A stretch of 64,000 bases of DNA from a virus. The stretch spans positions 1-64,000 of the IMG/VR virus record IMGVR_UViG_3300045988_099631. The stretch is one strand, 5' to 3'. Position 1 is the stretch's first letter. The number at the start of each line of letters is the position of its first letter. Shown here piece after piece: positions 44,813-53,528 of this stretch. The notes under the pieces were generated by a model. That model was not told the origin of the DNA. It ran no database searches and saw only the letters and a program-made list of their open reading frames with translations. The position numbers and the translations under genes were made by a program.

Positions 44813-45278
44813 ACCGCTGTACCAACCGCTCAAGGTAGAACTGTGCTTTTTTGAGGTCTTCCACCGGCTTTCCCTTGAACGGATGCCGCCAGATGTACTT
44901 GACTGTCTGCCACGCCAATACCGCAGATACCGGGTCGGACCATCCTTCAACCATCGCGTTCAGAGCGTCGATACACTCAATAGAGCCTTGATTGTAATGC
45001 TGGGGATGATCTACGGCATTTTCGGCCGGTTTTTCGTCAGCATCCTGATTCATGAATGCGTTGACCTGCGCCATTGGCTTTTTAGCTGGTGCAGGGAGGA
45101 CCATTTCCTGATTCCAGCATTTCTCACAGAGTTCTGCACTTGCTGTATTTGCATTACACAGGTCAAGCGGGACAGGAAGAATATCTATATAGGCGTGTGG
45201 GCAATAACGTATTCCACCGTAGCAGCTTTTGTTTTCCGCGCCCGGTTCCATTTTCAGCACAAATTCTCTCTGTGTCAT
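44790..45278 (-). CDS. DUF3310-family protein
   Basis: 162 aa from ATG 45278. HPQHYNQGSIECIDA…WQTVKYIWRHPFKGKPVEDLKKAQFYLERL matches the DUF3310 pattern. Confidence 0.55.
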   Translation of the reverse strand: MTQREFVLKMEPGAENKSCYGGIRYCPHAYIDILPVPLDLCNANTASAELCEKCWNQEMVLPAPAKKPMAQVNAFMNQDADEKPAENAVDHPQHYNQGSIECIDALNAMVEGWSDPVSAVLAWQTVKYIWRHPFKGKPVEDLKKAQFYLERLVQRYECKKTD

Positions 45279-45457
45279 TTCTTCACGACCTCCGTCCCGT
45301 AATATCTGCACCCGCAGTCAACTGCTCCGCTGAAGAACTGGCTTGCCGCGTTGAAACAGGTGAATTTATCCCATGAGTCACATCCCATGCAGGTTTTCCG
45401 GTCGATTTCCGGTTCCTCTCGCGCGGTTAATGGCGTTGTTCCTTTTCGTTCTGACAT
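45275..45457 (-). CDS. Small Cys-rich protein
   Basis: 60-aa ORF. Confidence 0.3.
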   Translation of the reverse strand: MSERKGTTPLTAREEPEIDRKTCMGCDSWDKFTCFNAASQFFSGAVDCGCRYYGTEVVKK

Positions 45458-45588
45458 TTCTTATCGTCCTCTCGTTCAAAATATTTGCATCCACAGTTGA
45501 CGAAATCCGCACAATGGGGGCTGTCTCCGTTGCAGCATACCCAGTTAAACGGCTCCCACCACTTGCATCCTTTGCATGTATCGCTCAT
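45427..45588 (-). CDS. Small Cys-rich protein (53 aa, below the ORF-track cutoff)
   Basis: ATG 45588 (ATGA overlap with the upstream stop) to TAA 45427. MSDTCKGCKWWEPFNWVCCNGDSPHCADFVNCGCKYFE. Confidence 0.3.
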   Translation of the reverse strand: MSDTCKGCKWWEPFNWVCCNGDSPHCADFVNCGCKYFEREDDKKCQNEKEQRH

Positions 45589-45806
45589 TGTGTCTTATCC
45601 TTGACGAAGTAACGCTTGTATCGTGTTGGGTCTCCAAAACGGTCTGTGGCCGTTTCCCATATATCTTCAACCTCATAGCCGAATTTGTTTTTCAAGTCCC
45701 AAATGCGTGCTCCAAGTCGCGTGTTGCCCAGTTCTCTGGTTGCTTCCATCTGCGTGATGGAGCCGTGTTCCCTACAATACGCAACGATTCTTTCGCAATC
45801 TGTCAT
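45585..45806 (-). CDS. Winged-HTH protein (HTH_39-like)
   Basis: 73 aa from ATG 45806 (AAGGAG RBS). GSITQMEATRELGNTRLGARIWDLKNKFGYEV. Confidence 0.5.
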   Translation of the reverse strand: MTDCERIVAYCREHGSITQMEATRELGNTRLGARIWDLKNKFGYEVEDIWETATDRFGDPTRYKRYFVKDKTQ

Positions 45807-45819
45807 GCTGATCTCCTTT

Positions 45820-46008
45820 CTAAGCGTCCGCCCAATTTCGGCAGAGCATTGCAAGCGAAACGTAGCTAATAGCTTCACTCCCAACCTCTACCCAAAACTT
45901 TCCGTACATGCTGACAATGCTGATTTCATAGACTTTCAAATGCTTTAGCCCATGGTATCCGGTCTTCCCCGTGTACCGCATCCGGACTTTGCTCGTTTTA
46001 TCGTTCAT
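45820..46008 (-). CDS. Small hypothetical protein
   Basis: 62-aa ORF. First gene after the conserved 29-mer. Confidence 0.35.
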   Translation of the reverse strand: MNDKTSKVRMRYTGKTGYHGLKHLKVYEISIVSMYGKFWVEVGSEAISYVSLAMLCRNWADA

Positions 46009-46045
46009 CGCTTCACCCTCCTATTCCTAATTTTAGTCGTGGCTG

Positions 46046-46074
46046 CAAATGTTTTTTCCCATTCTTATGTCAAC
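46046..46074 (-). promoter_or_regulatory. Conserved 29-bp element, copy 1 (contains TTGACA)
   Basis: GTTGACATAAGAATGGGAAAAAACATTTG on the minus strand, identical to 61941-61969. Confidence 0.5.
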
Positions 46075-46088
46075 CGTCAGGGGGGTAC

Positions 46089-46116
46089 AAAAAAAGAGGG
46101 TGTTTATCGCACCCTC
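46089..46116 (-). terminator. Intrinsic terminator after the helicase-MTase gene
   Basis: GAGGGTG / CACCCTC stem, 7-nt loop, U7 on the minus strand. Confidence 0.6.
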
Positions 46117-46178
46117 AAACAACACTATGCTGTTATGAATTGAAATCAACCAGCGTGATTTGCAGCCTTATACTCAGT

Positions 46179-49100
46179 TCAGATTACATCGAACAGGCAC
46201 AGATTGTCGTTCTGCTGAGACTCGTCAAACTCCTTCAGGTAGCCGACCGCATCGCGGAAGTAGTCATTATTGAGTTCAATGGTGTAGCCATGTCTGCCGG
46301 CCTTGATGGCTTCCAGCGCAACCGTTCCAAGTCCACCAAACGGGTCAAGCACCAAATCCCCCGGATTACTGTACCGGTTGATAAGCCTGTCAACGATGTC
46401 CAGCTGGAGGGGACAATTTTTCACAACGCACCCTTCTGCTGTATAGCTGGCATCGTCAGCAACACGAATGCTCCACGTTTCAGCGGTTCCTGCATCATCC
46501 ACAGATTTCACGCGCTTCCATGCGCCATCGTCAAGAATGCTGCCGAAATGATGTGTGCCGTTCCTCCAGCTTAAAACCCATAGCTGTTTCTGATTGACTT
46601 CGCGGCCAGCAATGGTATGCTTCCCCGCACGTTTCCCTGCAAATACCGAGGGGATAACGCCCAACGCACGCTGCGCAACCATGGCCATTCCAAGCATCAA
46701 GGCTCTCGAAACGGAGCACGCCATCGTTGCATTTCCAGCCTTGCTGCCGTCTCCGGACAGGTATCCATCAAGAAGCGATTTTGCCAACTCTGGATTCAGG
46801 CAAATTCCCTCAATAGGAACTTGCTTGTTTTCTGCTCTACGTCCGCATTTACGCAGGATTCCTTTCATGTTTTCTGACATTGCGCTGGAACGCAATCTGT
46901 ATTGGATGGCATCTCGTACCGCGCAGGAGCCAAAATATCCTTGTGCCATTTCCTCAAACATAGCCGATTTGGCTTTTCCGACGCTGATAAACCAGTCTCC
47001 ATATGTCCCAACATGTCCATCTGCAAGGTAACGGCCAACAATCCACCATTCTTGAGCGGTTAGATTGCTATCCTCGCAGGCAGGAAGTTTCAGGTTGACC
47101 CATCCGCCAGCTGTATCTTTTGCCTCGGTCCATTCTGGTTCTGTCTTAGGCATATAGTCCTTGCTGCGGATGTAATTATTCTTTCTCGTCCAGAGTTTGT
47201 GATTGGGTGTGGTAATCAGATTTGCCACGCCTTGAGCCTTGGTCTGAACAACAGGGTTCACACCGGTGCAGCGCTTTGCGATAACCGGTTTCCAGTTTCC
47301 CGTATGGGTCAGTACCATATCTCCAATTGAAATATCTTCAATTGGCTTATATCCATCCCTGGTCAATACGAGGCTCCCCTTTGCCAAACAAACATGGTTC
47401 TCTTTTCTGCGCTGGCTCTGCGTTGTATTGAGCGTCCGCATTCGGTTGATATCGTCCCATACCTGATCTGTCCAGCTTCCGGGCGCAACTACCATGAACG
47501 TGGCTGGCAGATGCCCGTCCTTGTCAAGCTCTTTCGCCAGTTTTACATGCTCGTCATAGCTGTAAACGGAATCACGGCTGTATTTCCTATAAATTGCTTG
47601 CAACTTTCCCGTGTCGGTATGCAGCAGTTCGTCTTTCGTAATCAGCCGATTTCCGGAACTGCGCCAGAACCCGTGTGCGTCGATCTGCCATTGAGCGCGT
47701 GTGTATTCGTCCTTCGTCTTGGATACGCGCTCATCCGCATATGCTTTGGAGCGGTCGGTTGGAAGCTTCCGGAATAGCAAGATGTACTCCGGGCAGCCGA
47801 CGCCCATTTTTGTCCCGTCCTTGCACTGCTCAGACCATCCGAGCCGGTACGTCTGGTTGTTCTCTCGAACGACGTCCGTAACGACCGTAATCATGCCGAA
47901 ATATGCAAATCCATGCTCCATATAGTGCTTAATGCACATAGCATGAAATGGTTCCATCGTCGGCATACCAGTCCCTGTCGCATTGCCGAAAAGAACACGG
48001 TCTTTCACATGGCAGCAGAATACACGTCCTGGTTTCAGAATTCTTAGAAGGTTCGGCGTCAGATAGTCCATCTGCTCAAAGAACTTTTCCGTATCCTCGT
48101 TGTGTCCGAAATCGTTATAGCTCGGCGTATATTCGTAATGATTGGAAAACGGGATGGACGTAACGATCAGATCTGTGCTGTTGTCTGCCATTTTCGCCGT
48201 TTCCTCGCAGCAGTCGTTGTTGACCGCGATCCAGTTCTTTCCTCTGATCTCCATTCTCTCAACTCCTATGCTTCTGGCCATTTCCTGCTTCATGCGGTCG
48301 CCGGAAAGGCCGTATTTTTTTACGATTTCCCGCATCTGCTCCTGCATATAGTCATGCTGCTTCCATTTTTTCTGCAAAACGTCCCAAATCGGGATCTCTG
48401 CCTCCGTATAGATGATGTCCACAATGACCTTCTCCGTCTGCAAGAAGCGGTAGCAGCGGTGGATCGCCTGAATGAAGTCGTTGAATTCATAGTCAATCCC
48501 GACGAAGATCATTCTGTGGCAATGCCTCTGGAAATTGCAGCCCTGACCAGAAAGCTCTTTCTTCGTAGCGAAGATTCGGATTTTTCCGTCGGAGAAATCA
48601 ATGACGCGCCGTTCGCGCTCGTCATAGTCCATTGTTCCGTAGATCTCTACGGCCTCTGGTATCGCGCGGTGTATCTCATGTCGTTCCGCTTCGAGGTCAT
48701 GCCAGAGGATAAAGCTTGCCTCCGGATCGCTGTCAACGATCTCCTTCGCCATCTGTACGCGTGCAGTAATTGTCTCGCGCTTTTCCCGCGATGCCTCCTG
48801 AAGGTTCGTGGCAGAATCGTTCATCATCTTCACTTGACCATCCCGGTCCGTGATCTTTCCGAATTCGTCGTGAACAACATGCGTTCTAACTTCGAGTCCA
48901 GGAAGTTCATATCCCTCGTCAGAATATCCGAGGTCTGACGGTTTTCCAAGGAACAGCGCCCACGAGCTGACCCACAGCCAGAATTCTTCTTCACGGTGGG
49001 GATAAAGGGTCAGGTTGTTGGCCTTTGTGCTGTCCCGCTTGAAGAACCGTGTAAGGGCCTGTCCGGTGTCCATGACTTCGAGATATCCTGCATAGTGAAT

Positions 49101-49655
49101 GATCTCCTTATACCTGTTCGGAGCCGGTGTGGCCGTTGCGACCATCTTATATTTGACACCCTTGAACTTCTGAAGGAACGTCTGATAGGTCTTGCTTCCG
49201 AATGAGCGAAGTACCGATGCTTCGTCAAGGCTCGTCGCCGCGAAGTACGCCGGGTCGATATCCCCGTCCCGGACACGCTCATAGTTGGTAAGCATGATCT
49301 CCGCTCCGGCGTTCTCGCGTACCTCCTGCATCGTCCGTACATAAACCGGTTCTTCGTATCCCAGAATATTCACGGCGTCCCGTTTGAACTCCTGCCGCAC
49401 GCCGAGTGGCAGCACAATCAACGCTGGCCTTCCTTCATGTTTCGCGGCATGATGGCAGAACTCCAGTTCCTGTACAGTTTTACCTAATCCGAAACTCTCG
49501 AAGAGAGCTCTTCTGCCGCCGCGCAGCGCCCAACGTACCGCATCCCTCTGATGCGGCTTCAGCGCCAGATTGATATCTTCCTCTGGAACGGAAAAGCCGC
49601 TCACCGGAGCCGTCTCGATTTTTGATTTCAGAAATTCCAAGTATTTGCTGTTCAT
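46179..49655 (-). CDS. SNF2/DEAD-like helicase fused to a beta-class N4/N6 DNA methyltransferase (intein-containing)
   Basis: 1158 aa. Helicase: FGLGKT, SLDEAS, ATATPAPN, QAIHRCYRFLQ. MTase: DLIVTSIPF (motif IV) followed by VLDPFGGLGT (motif I). Confidence 0.75.
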   Translation of the reverse strand: MNSKYLEFLKSKIETAPVSGFSVPEEDINLALKPHQRDAVRWALRGGRRALFESFGLGKTVQELEFCHHAAKHEGRPALIVLPLGVRQEFKRDAVNILGYEEPVYVRTMQEVRENAGAEIMLTNYERVRDGDIDPAYFAATSLDEASVLRSFGSKTYQTFLQKFKGVKYKMVATATPAPNRYKEIIHYAGYLEVMDTGQALTRFFKRDSTKANNLTLYPHREEEFWLWVSSWALFLGKPSDLGYSDEGYELPGLEVRTHVVHDEFGKITDRDGQVKMMNDSATNLQEASREKRETITARVQMAKEIVDSDPEASFILWHDLEAERHEIHRAIPEAVEIYGTMDYDERERRVIDFSDGKIRIFATKKELSGQGCNFQRHCHRMIFVGIDYEFNDFIQAIHRCYRFLQTEKVIVDIIYTEAEIPIWDVLQKKWKQHDYMQEQMREIVKKYGLSGDRMKQEMARSIGVERMEIRGKNWIAVNNDCCEETAKMADNSTDLIVTSIPFSNHYEYTPSYNDFGHNEDTEKFFEQMDYLTPNLLRILKPGRVFCCHVKDRVLFGNATGTGMPTMEPFHAMCIKHYMEHGFAYFGMITVVTDVVRENNQTYRLGWSEQCKDGTKMGVGCPEYILLFRKLPTDRSKAYADERVSKTKDEYTRAQWQIDAHGFWRSSGNRLITKDELLHTDTGKLQAIYRKYSRDSVYSYDEHVKLAKELDKDGHLPATFMVVAPGSWTDQVWDDINRMRTLNTTQSQRRKENHVCLAKGSLVLTRDGYKPIEDISIGDMVLTHTGNWKPVIAKRCTGVNPVVQTKAQGVANLITTPNHKLWTRKNNYIRSKDYMPKTEPEWTEAKDTAGGWVNLKLPACEDSNLTAQEWWIVGRYLADGHVGTYGDWFISVGKAKSAMFEEMAQGYFGSCAVRDAIQYRLRSSAMSENMKGILRKCGRRAENKQVPIEGICLNPELAKSLLDGYLSGDGSKAGNATMACSVSRALMLGMAMVAQRALGVIPSVFAGKRAGKHTIAGREVNQKQLWVLSWRNGTHHFGSILDDGAWKRVKSVDDAGTAETWSIRVADDASYTAEGCVVKNCPLQLDIVDRLINRYSNPGDLVLDPFGGLGTVALEAIKAGRHGYTIELNNDYFRDAVGYLKEFDESQQNDNLCLFDVI
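46416..47390 (-). mobile_element. Intein with LAGLIDADG homing-endonuclease domain (residues 756-1080)
   Basis: CLAKGSLVLT…, TTPNHKLW, GRYLADGHV, LLDGYLSGDGS, …CVVKN|C. Confidence 0.7.
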
Positions 49656-49663
49656 CTTATCTC

Positions 49664-50479
49664 CTATACAAACACAGTATCATTCAAGACCTGCGCATTG
49701 TCCGTGATTTTAACTTTCATATCGTCCGTAAGCGTGATAATGACTTCTGCCTTGGACGCTCCAAACGGAAGGAATCCCGATCTATACTCTTTACAGACCA
49801 TCCGTTTTCCGTCTTCCATTGTGAACTTATCCCCGCTTGAATCCTTGTACACGCAGTCTGGATTGCACGTTGCGAGTTTTGCGTATCTTCCGATAAATGT
49901 CGGGGACATCTCTGCATACTTCGGGTACTCTCTCACGAAGCGTTCATATTCCAATGGAAACAGTCTTTTGAATTGGTGCAGGAAATTCGGTACGGTTTCA
50001 TCCGCATATCTCGTGATAATATCTCCGCACATATTTCGTGGGTTATAGCCAAGTACGTTGTCCAAATTGTCCGGTGTCAGCATTGGTCTGTCCACTAGTA
50101 AATGTTGATTTGTGAATATCGCCGTTGCTGCGTTCAGTCGTCTTCCGTCCAATTTGAGGTCAACGTAAGGAAGATTCAGATACGCCATATCTCCAATGCG
50201 AATTACATACCAATAGGATGGGTATCTGAGTTTACGATATTCTGGCGAATGCTGCACTGCGTCTGTCACAGTGTCATAGCGTTTGCTCTGTTTTGTGCCT
50301 CCATCCACTTTTTCAACTCTGCCAAGTTCGCACCTGCGGTTAAACGGTATTGTAACGTTCAGGCATTTCCCCTCGTGGTATGCGGAGCATTCCTGCGCGT
50401 GATCGCAGCAAATGTATTCTGCCCGAAGCCGGTTATTTCGTTTTCCTTCTCCGTATAAAGCAACGTTTATGAGCGGCAT
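49664..50479 (-). CDS. Hypothetical protein with Cys/His-rich N-terminus
   Basis: 271 aa with AGGAGG RBS. CCDHAQECSAYHEGKC. Immediately upstream of the helicase-MTase. Confidence 0.4.
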   Translation of the reverse strand: MPLINVALYGEGKRNNRLRAEYICCDHAQECSAYHEGKCLNVTIPFNRRCELGRVEKVDGGTKQSKRYDTVTDAVQHSPEYRKLRYPSYWYVIRIGDMAYLNLPYVDLKLDGRRLNAATAIFTNQHLLVDRPMLTPDNLDNVLGYNPRNMCGDIITRYADETVPNFLHQFKRLFPLEYERFVREYPKYAEMSPTFIGRYAKLATCNPDCVYKDSSGDKFTMEDGKRMVCKEYRSGFLPFGASKAEVIITLTDDMKVKITDNAQVLNDTVFV

Positions 50480-50737
50480 TTATTGTCCTCCTTTCCCAAA
50501 AGAGCAGAACCCATCTTCCGGCATATTAAGGCCGGTCGCGTCACGAAAGCCGCACCTAACATATGTCCCACACCACGAAATTTCTGCCCAGCGGCCATCA
50601 CAGTCCCTGCAGCGTGTAACCTGTACTGCGTCCACTGCCGGCAGTCGGCTGATCTCAGCAAATGCCGCAGCATAGTCTCCGGATGTCCGGCGCACGATTT
50701 CGAGCGCGTCTTCCTTGTAAATCAGCTGCTTGTCCAT
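50480..50737 (-). CDS. Small protein, VDAV…C..C family
   Basis: 85 aa. LPAVDAVQVTRCRDCDG. Confidence 0.4.
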   Translation of the reverse strand: MDKQLIYKEDALEIVRRTSGDYAAAFAEISRLPAVDAVQVTRCRDCDGRWAEISWCGTYVRCGFRDATGLNMPEDGFCSFGKGGQ

Positions 50738-51129
50738 CAGGTCTCACCATCCTTGATTTCAGCCAGCCAGAATTCACGTTTGCATTCTTCACAGCTAATT
50801 GACGGATATCTACAGCCGCCCGTTTTCGTTTTTCTTTTTGCGGAAACGATAAGAGCTGGGCAAATATCAATAAACCCATCTGGGTCAGAGATTACTTCTG
50901 GGAACAGCTTGAGCAATTCACTCTGTCTCGTTCTGGCCGGGTGCTCTTTTGCCCACTTCTCGACCGCAGCAACACATTCCTCTGCGTTGTTGGTGAGATC
51001 GTTCATATGGCATCCGCGTCCAATATCGTCAAGTGGACAGCCTACACACGGTCTTCCCGTAATGTTGTGCTTAGAGTCAAAAGAATCGCACATTCTCGCA
51101 TATGCTTTGAAATACGCAACAGCATCCAT
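50737..51129 (-). CDS. Hypothetical protein
   Basis: 130 aa from ATG 51129 (GGAGGA RBS). Confidence 0.4.
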   Translation of the reverse strand: MDAVAYFKAYARMCDSFDSKHNITGRPCVGCPLDDIGRGCHMNDLTNNAEECVAAVEKWAKEHPARTRQSELLKLFPEVISDPDGFIDICPALIVSAKRKTKTGGCRYPSISCEECKREFWLAEIKDGET

Positions 51130-51140
51130 TTTCCATCCTC

Positions 51141-51575
51141 CTACATCCAGACCATATCGCATTTGTTGTCCACGCAATCCTGCAGGATTGCCTTGAAGTC
51201 TCGGAACATTGCGCAGTCGCTCCGGCCGGCATAGCCGTAGCAGATGTTGTCATCGTAGTCCCCGATGACCTTCAGAATTTCCTTGCAGGCTCCGTACCGG
51301 ATTTTCCCATCACAGGCTCTTTCAAGCAGGAAATTCACAACTTTCACCGGAAGGTCTTTTTCACGGACCATCCTGATTGCTTCCGTGTCCCAATCTTTCC
51401 AAAACTTCTCTTCCACTTCCGGTTGCATGATGATCGGCGCGTTACAAAGCTTCTCGTAGTGACTGTAAAACGGCTCTCCCATGAGTTGAGCCACCTTCCG
51501 CCGCAGATTCATGAATCCGCCGCATCCAAGGTCGATTTCCCGACCGGTTTTCTTGCATTTAATCGTTACGCCCAT
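51141..51575 (-). CDS. Hypothetical protein
   Basis: 144 aa from ATG 51575. Confidence 0.4.
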   Translation of the reverse strand: MGVTIKCKKTGREIDLGCGGFMNLRRKVAQLMGEPFYSHYEKLCNAPIIMQPEVEEKFWKDWDTEAIRMVREKDLPVKVVNFLLERACDGKIRYGACKEILKVIGDYDDNICYGYAGRSDCAMFRDFKAILQDCVDNKCDMVWM

Positions 51576-51840
51576 TTTCTTCCCATCCTTCTCCATTTCC
51601 GCTGATTTCAACTGTTCCATCCGCGTTTACAAAAGTGTTGCTGGCGTTCCATGTCACATGGCATGAACCGCAGTATGCTGTTATAATCCCAATTCCTTCT
51701 TCTTCCGCCCGCCTTCCACGCTTCGCCATTTTCCCATTTTTCAAAATCGGGTATTCGCGCGCATATGTATAAAAGCTGGAAAGAGTCATCCGTCCGCCGC
51801 AGTGCGGGCATTTATTTGCCAAGACCCATTCACCGTTCAT
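51559..51840 (-). CDS. Zinc-ribbon protein
   Basis: 93 aa. CPHCGG…CGSC. Confidence 0.4.
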   Translation of the reverse strand: MNGEWVLANKCPHCGGRMTLSSFYTYAREYPILKNGKMAKRGRRAEEEGIGIITAYCGSCHVTWNASNTFVNADGTVEISGNGEGWEENGRND

Positions 51841-52189
51841 CGCTTACCTCCTTTGGCTTCCCGTAGTTGCAGAACCCGTCTGGCACTGGATCATCTAGGC
51901 CGTGCCTGTTCGTGCAGTACGGGTCATTCTCGTTGTTCTGACGGAAATCTTTACAGTTTTTGCAACGCGTTACCACGACAGCATCCACCGTTGGAGCATT
52001 CTCCAAGATACCCCGTAACCCGTGATAAAACTGCTTTGCACGGGAGAACAGTTCCATGCAGTGGATATAGACGGACAAATCATCATCTATGCTCATGTGT
52101 TTCTTCAATTCTGGGATTGTCGAGCGGTACATTTTCTCCATGATTTCTCGCTGTTCTTTGATAATCGCATCAGCGTCGGTCAATCGCAT
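51830..52189 (-). CDS. Small protein, VDAV…C..C family
   Basis: 119 aa from ATG 52189 (AGGAGG RBS). APTVDAVVVTRCKNCKD. Confidence 0.4.
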   Translation of the reverse strand: MRLTDADAIIKEQREIMEKMYRSTIPELKKHMSIDDDLSVYIHCMELFSRAKQFYHGLRGILENAPTVDAVVVTRCKNCKDFRQNNENDPYCTNRHGLDDPVPDGFCNYGKPKEVSDER

Positions 52190-52233
52190 TTGTTGTCCTC
52201 CTTTCATGCTTCCGCGTGCGAAACGCAAGCCTT

Positions 52234-52530
52234 TCATACTATCCGTTTCGCGCAATACGGGCAAAACTTATATTCTGCCGCTTCGATGCAATCCATAAAT
52301 GCACCGCAGGCTGTGCAGCATCCTTCAATGATCTGCGTGGTTTCCGCTTCCAATGCAAGATGGTCAACCCTCCGTTCTCCGTACTTGCAGTTCTTGCGCC
52401 GCGTCACGACCACGGCATCAACGGTGGGTGCGTAATCAAGCACGTCGTTGACACGCTCGAAATCTTCTTCCGTATCAAACATATCTCGGGTGTATGTCCG
52501 CTTCGCATCGTCCGCATCAATCAGGCGCAT
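52234..52530 (-). CDS. Small protein, VDAV…C..C family
   Basis: 98 aa from ATG 52530 (GGAGGTG RBS). APTVDAVVVTRRKNCKY. Confidence 0.4.
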   Translation of the reverse strand: MRLIDADDAKRTYTRDMFDTEEDFERVNDVLDYAPTVDAVVVTRRKNCKYGERRVDHLALEAETTQIIEGCCTACGAFMDCIEAAEYKFCPYCAKRIV

Positions 52531-52681
52531 TTCCGTCACCTCCACCATCTGACTTCTTGGTGCTGCTGGAATGGATCATCGTGAATATCGAAAAAAGCGC
52601 GATCCACCAATGACCAAATCGTTCAGCCAGCCAGCACCAGGCCATAATATTGATGATGTTGTAAGTGATGCAAGCTATCAT
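52517..52681 (-). CDS. Small membrane protein (54 aa, below the ORF-track cutoff)
   Basis: ATG 52681 (GGAGGG RBS, ATGA overlap) to TGA 52517. Hydrophobic Trp-rich core. Confidence 0.3.
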   Translation of the reverse strand: MIACITYNIINIMAWCWLAERFGHWWIALFSIFTMIHSSSTKKSDGGGDGNAPD

Positions 52682-52992
52682 TCGTTCCCTCCATCCTCCA
52701 TTTTCGCACCGCAGCTGGGGCAGTATTTCGGCAGCAAATCCGGGTTATCCGTGCCGTCGTCGATGCAGTATCCGCATTGAGAGCAATACCACACATCAAG
52801 CACAATCTCGCCGTCTGCGTATCCGTCTCCCTCACCTTCCTACTGCCCCTGTACCACCTCCGCAACGTTGGCGGCGGGCTGACGCAGCAGGAGCGTTTTC
52901 ACCCGCTGAGGTGTCCAGTTCGGATTTTCCGCGTTGCAGGATTCAAAGTCTTCCAGCGCCTCGGTTCTGCTGATAAATTCTTCAGTCATCAT
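52678..52992 (-). pseudogene. VDAV-family paralog interrupted by an in-frame TAG
   Basis: ATG 52992 (GAGGAG RBS) …PAANVAEVVQGQ-TAG(52840-52842)-EGEGDGYADGEIVLDVWYCSQCG…YCPSCGAKM. The neighbouring paralog has Trp at this position (VVYGTW). Confidence 0.45.
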
Positions 52993-53284
52993 GCAATCTC
53001 CTCATTTTTGCTCCGCAATCCTCACAGTAAGATGCACGGTAGTCATCCCATTCGTGTTCTTCACCGCAATTTGAGCAGATCTGCATGCCGTCTTCTTCCA
53101 TCCATGTGCCGTACACAACCGGTGCTGCATCAACAGCAGGGATGGCTTCTATTGCCTCCATTGCGAGGTCGATTGCGCCACTGTGATAGCCAAGCACAGA
53201 TCCTTTTTCGGTTGAAAACCGACGAATCGCGTCCAGTGCTTCTGAGCGACGGATATATTCTTCAGTCACAGCGTTTCCCATCAT
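52982..53284 (-). CDS. Small protein, VDAV…zinc-ribbon family
   Basis: 100 aa from ATG 53284 (AAGGAG RBS). IPAVDAAPVVYGTW…CSNCG…CEDCGAKM. Confidence 0.4.
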   Translation of the reverse strand: MMGNAVTEEYIRRSEALDAIRRFSTEKGSVLGYHSGAIDLAMEAIEAIPAVDAAPVVYGTWMEEDGMQICSNCGEEHEWDDYRASYCEDCGAKMRRLHDD

Positions 53285-53528
53285 CGAACTCCTTCCAAGC
53301 GTGATACAGTGCCCATGCCAGTGGGTCACGGATGAACGGCAGCTTTTTCGCTTCCGCGTATTTCTTATCGAGAATGCTCATGGCCTTCTTCCACGCGCGA
53401 TCTCCAACGTGCAGCTCTGTTGGAAAGTAGACTCCCTCAAGTCTGTTGATTTTTGCGGCAGTCAGTATCAATATTCCGTTCTCGTCAAGAAGGTCTAGCA
53501 GATCCTGATTTTTGATGTAATACACCAT
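53262..53528 (-). CDS. Hypothetical protein
   Basis: 88 aa from ATG 53528 (GAGGGGG RBS). Confidence 0.35.
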   Translation of the reverse strand: MVYYIKNQDLLDLLDENGILILTAAKINRLEGVYFPTELHVGDRAWKKAMSILDKKYAEAKKLPFIRDPLAWALYHAWKEFDDGKRCD

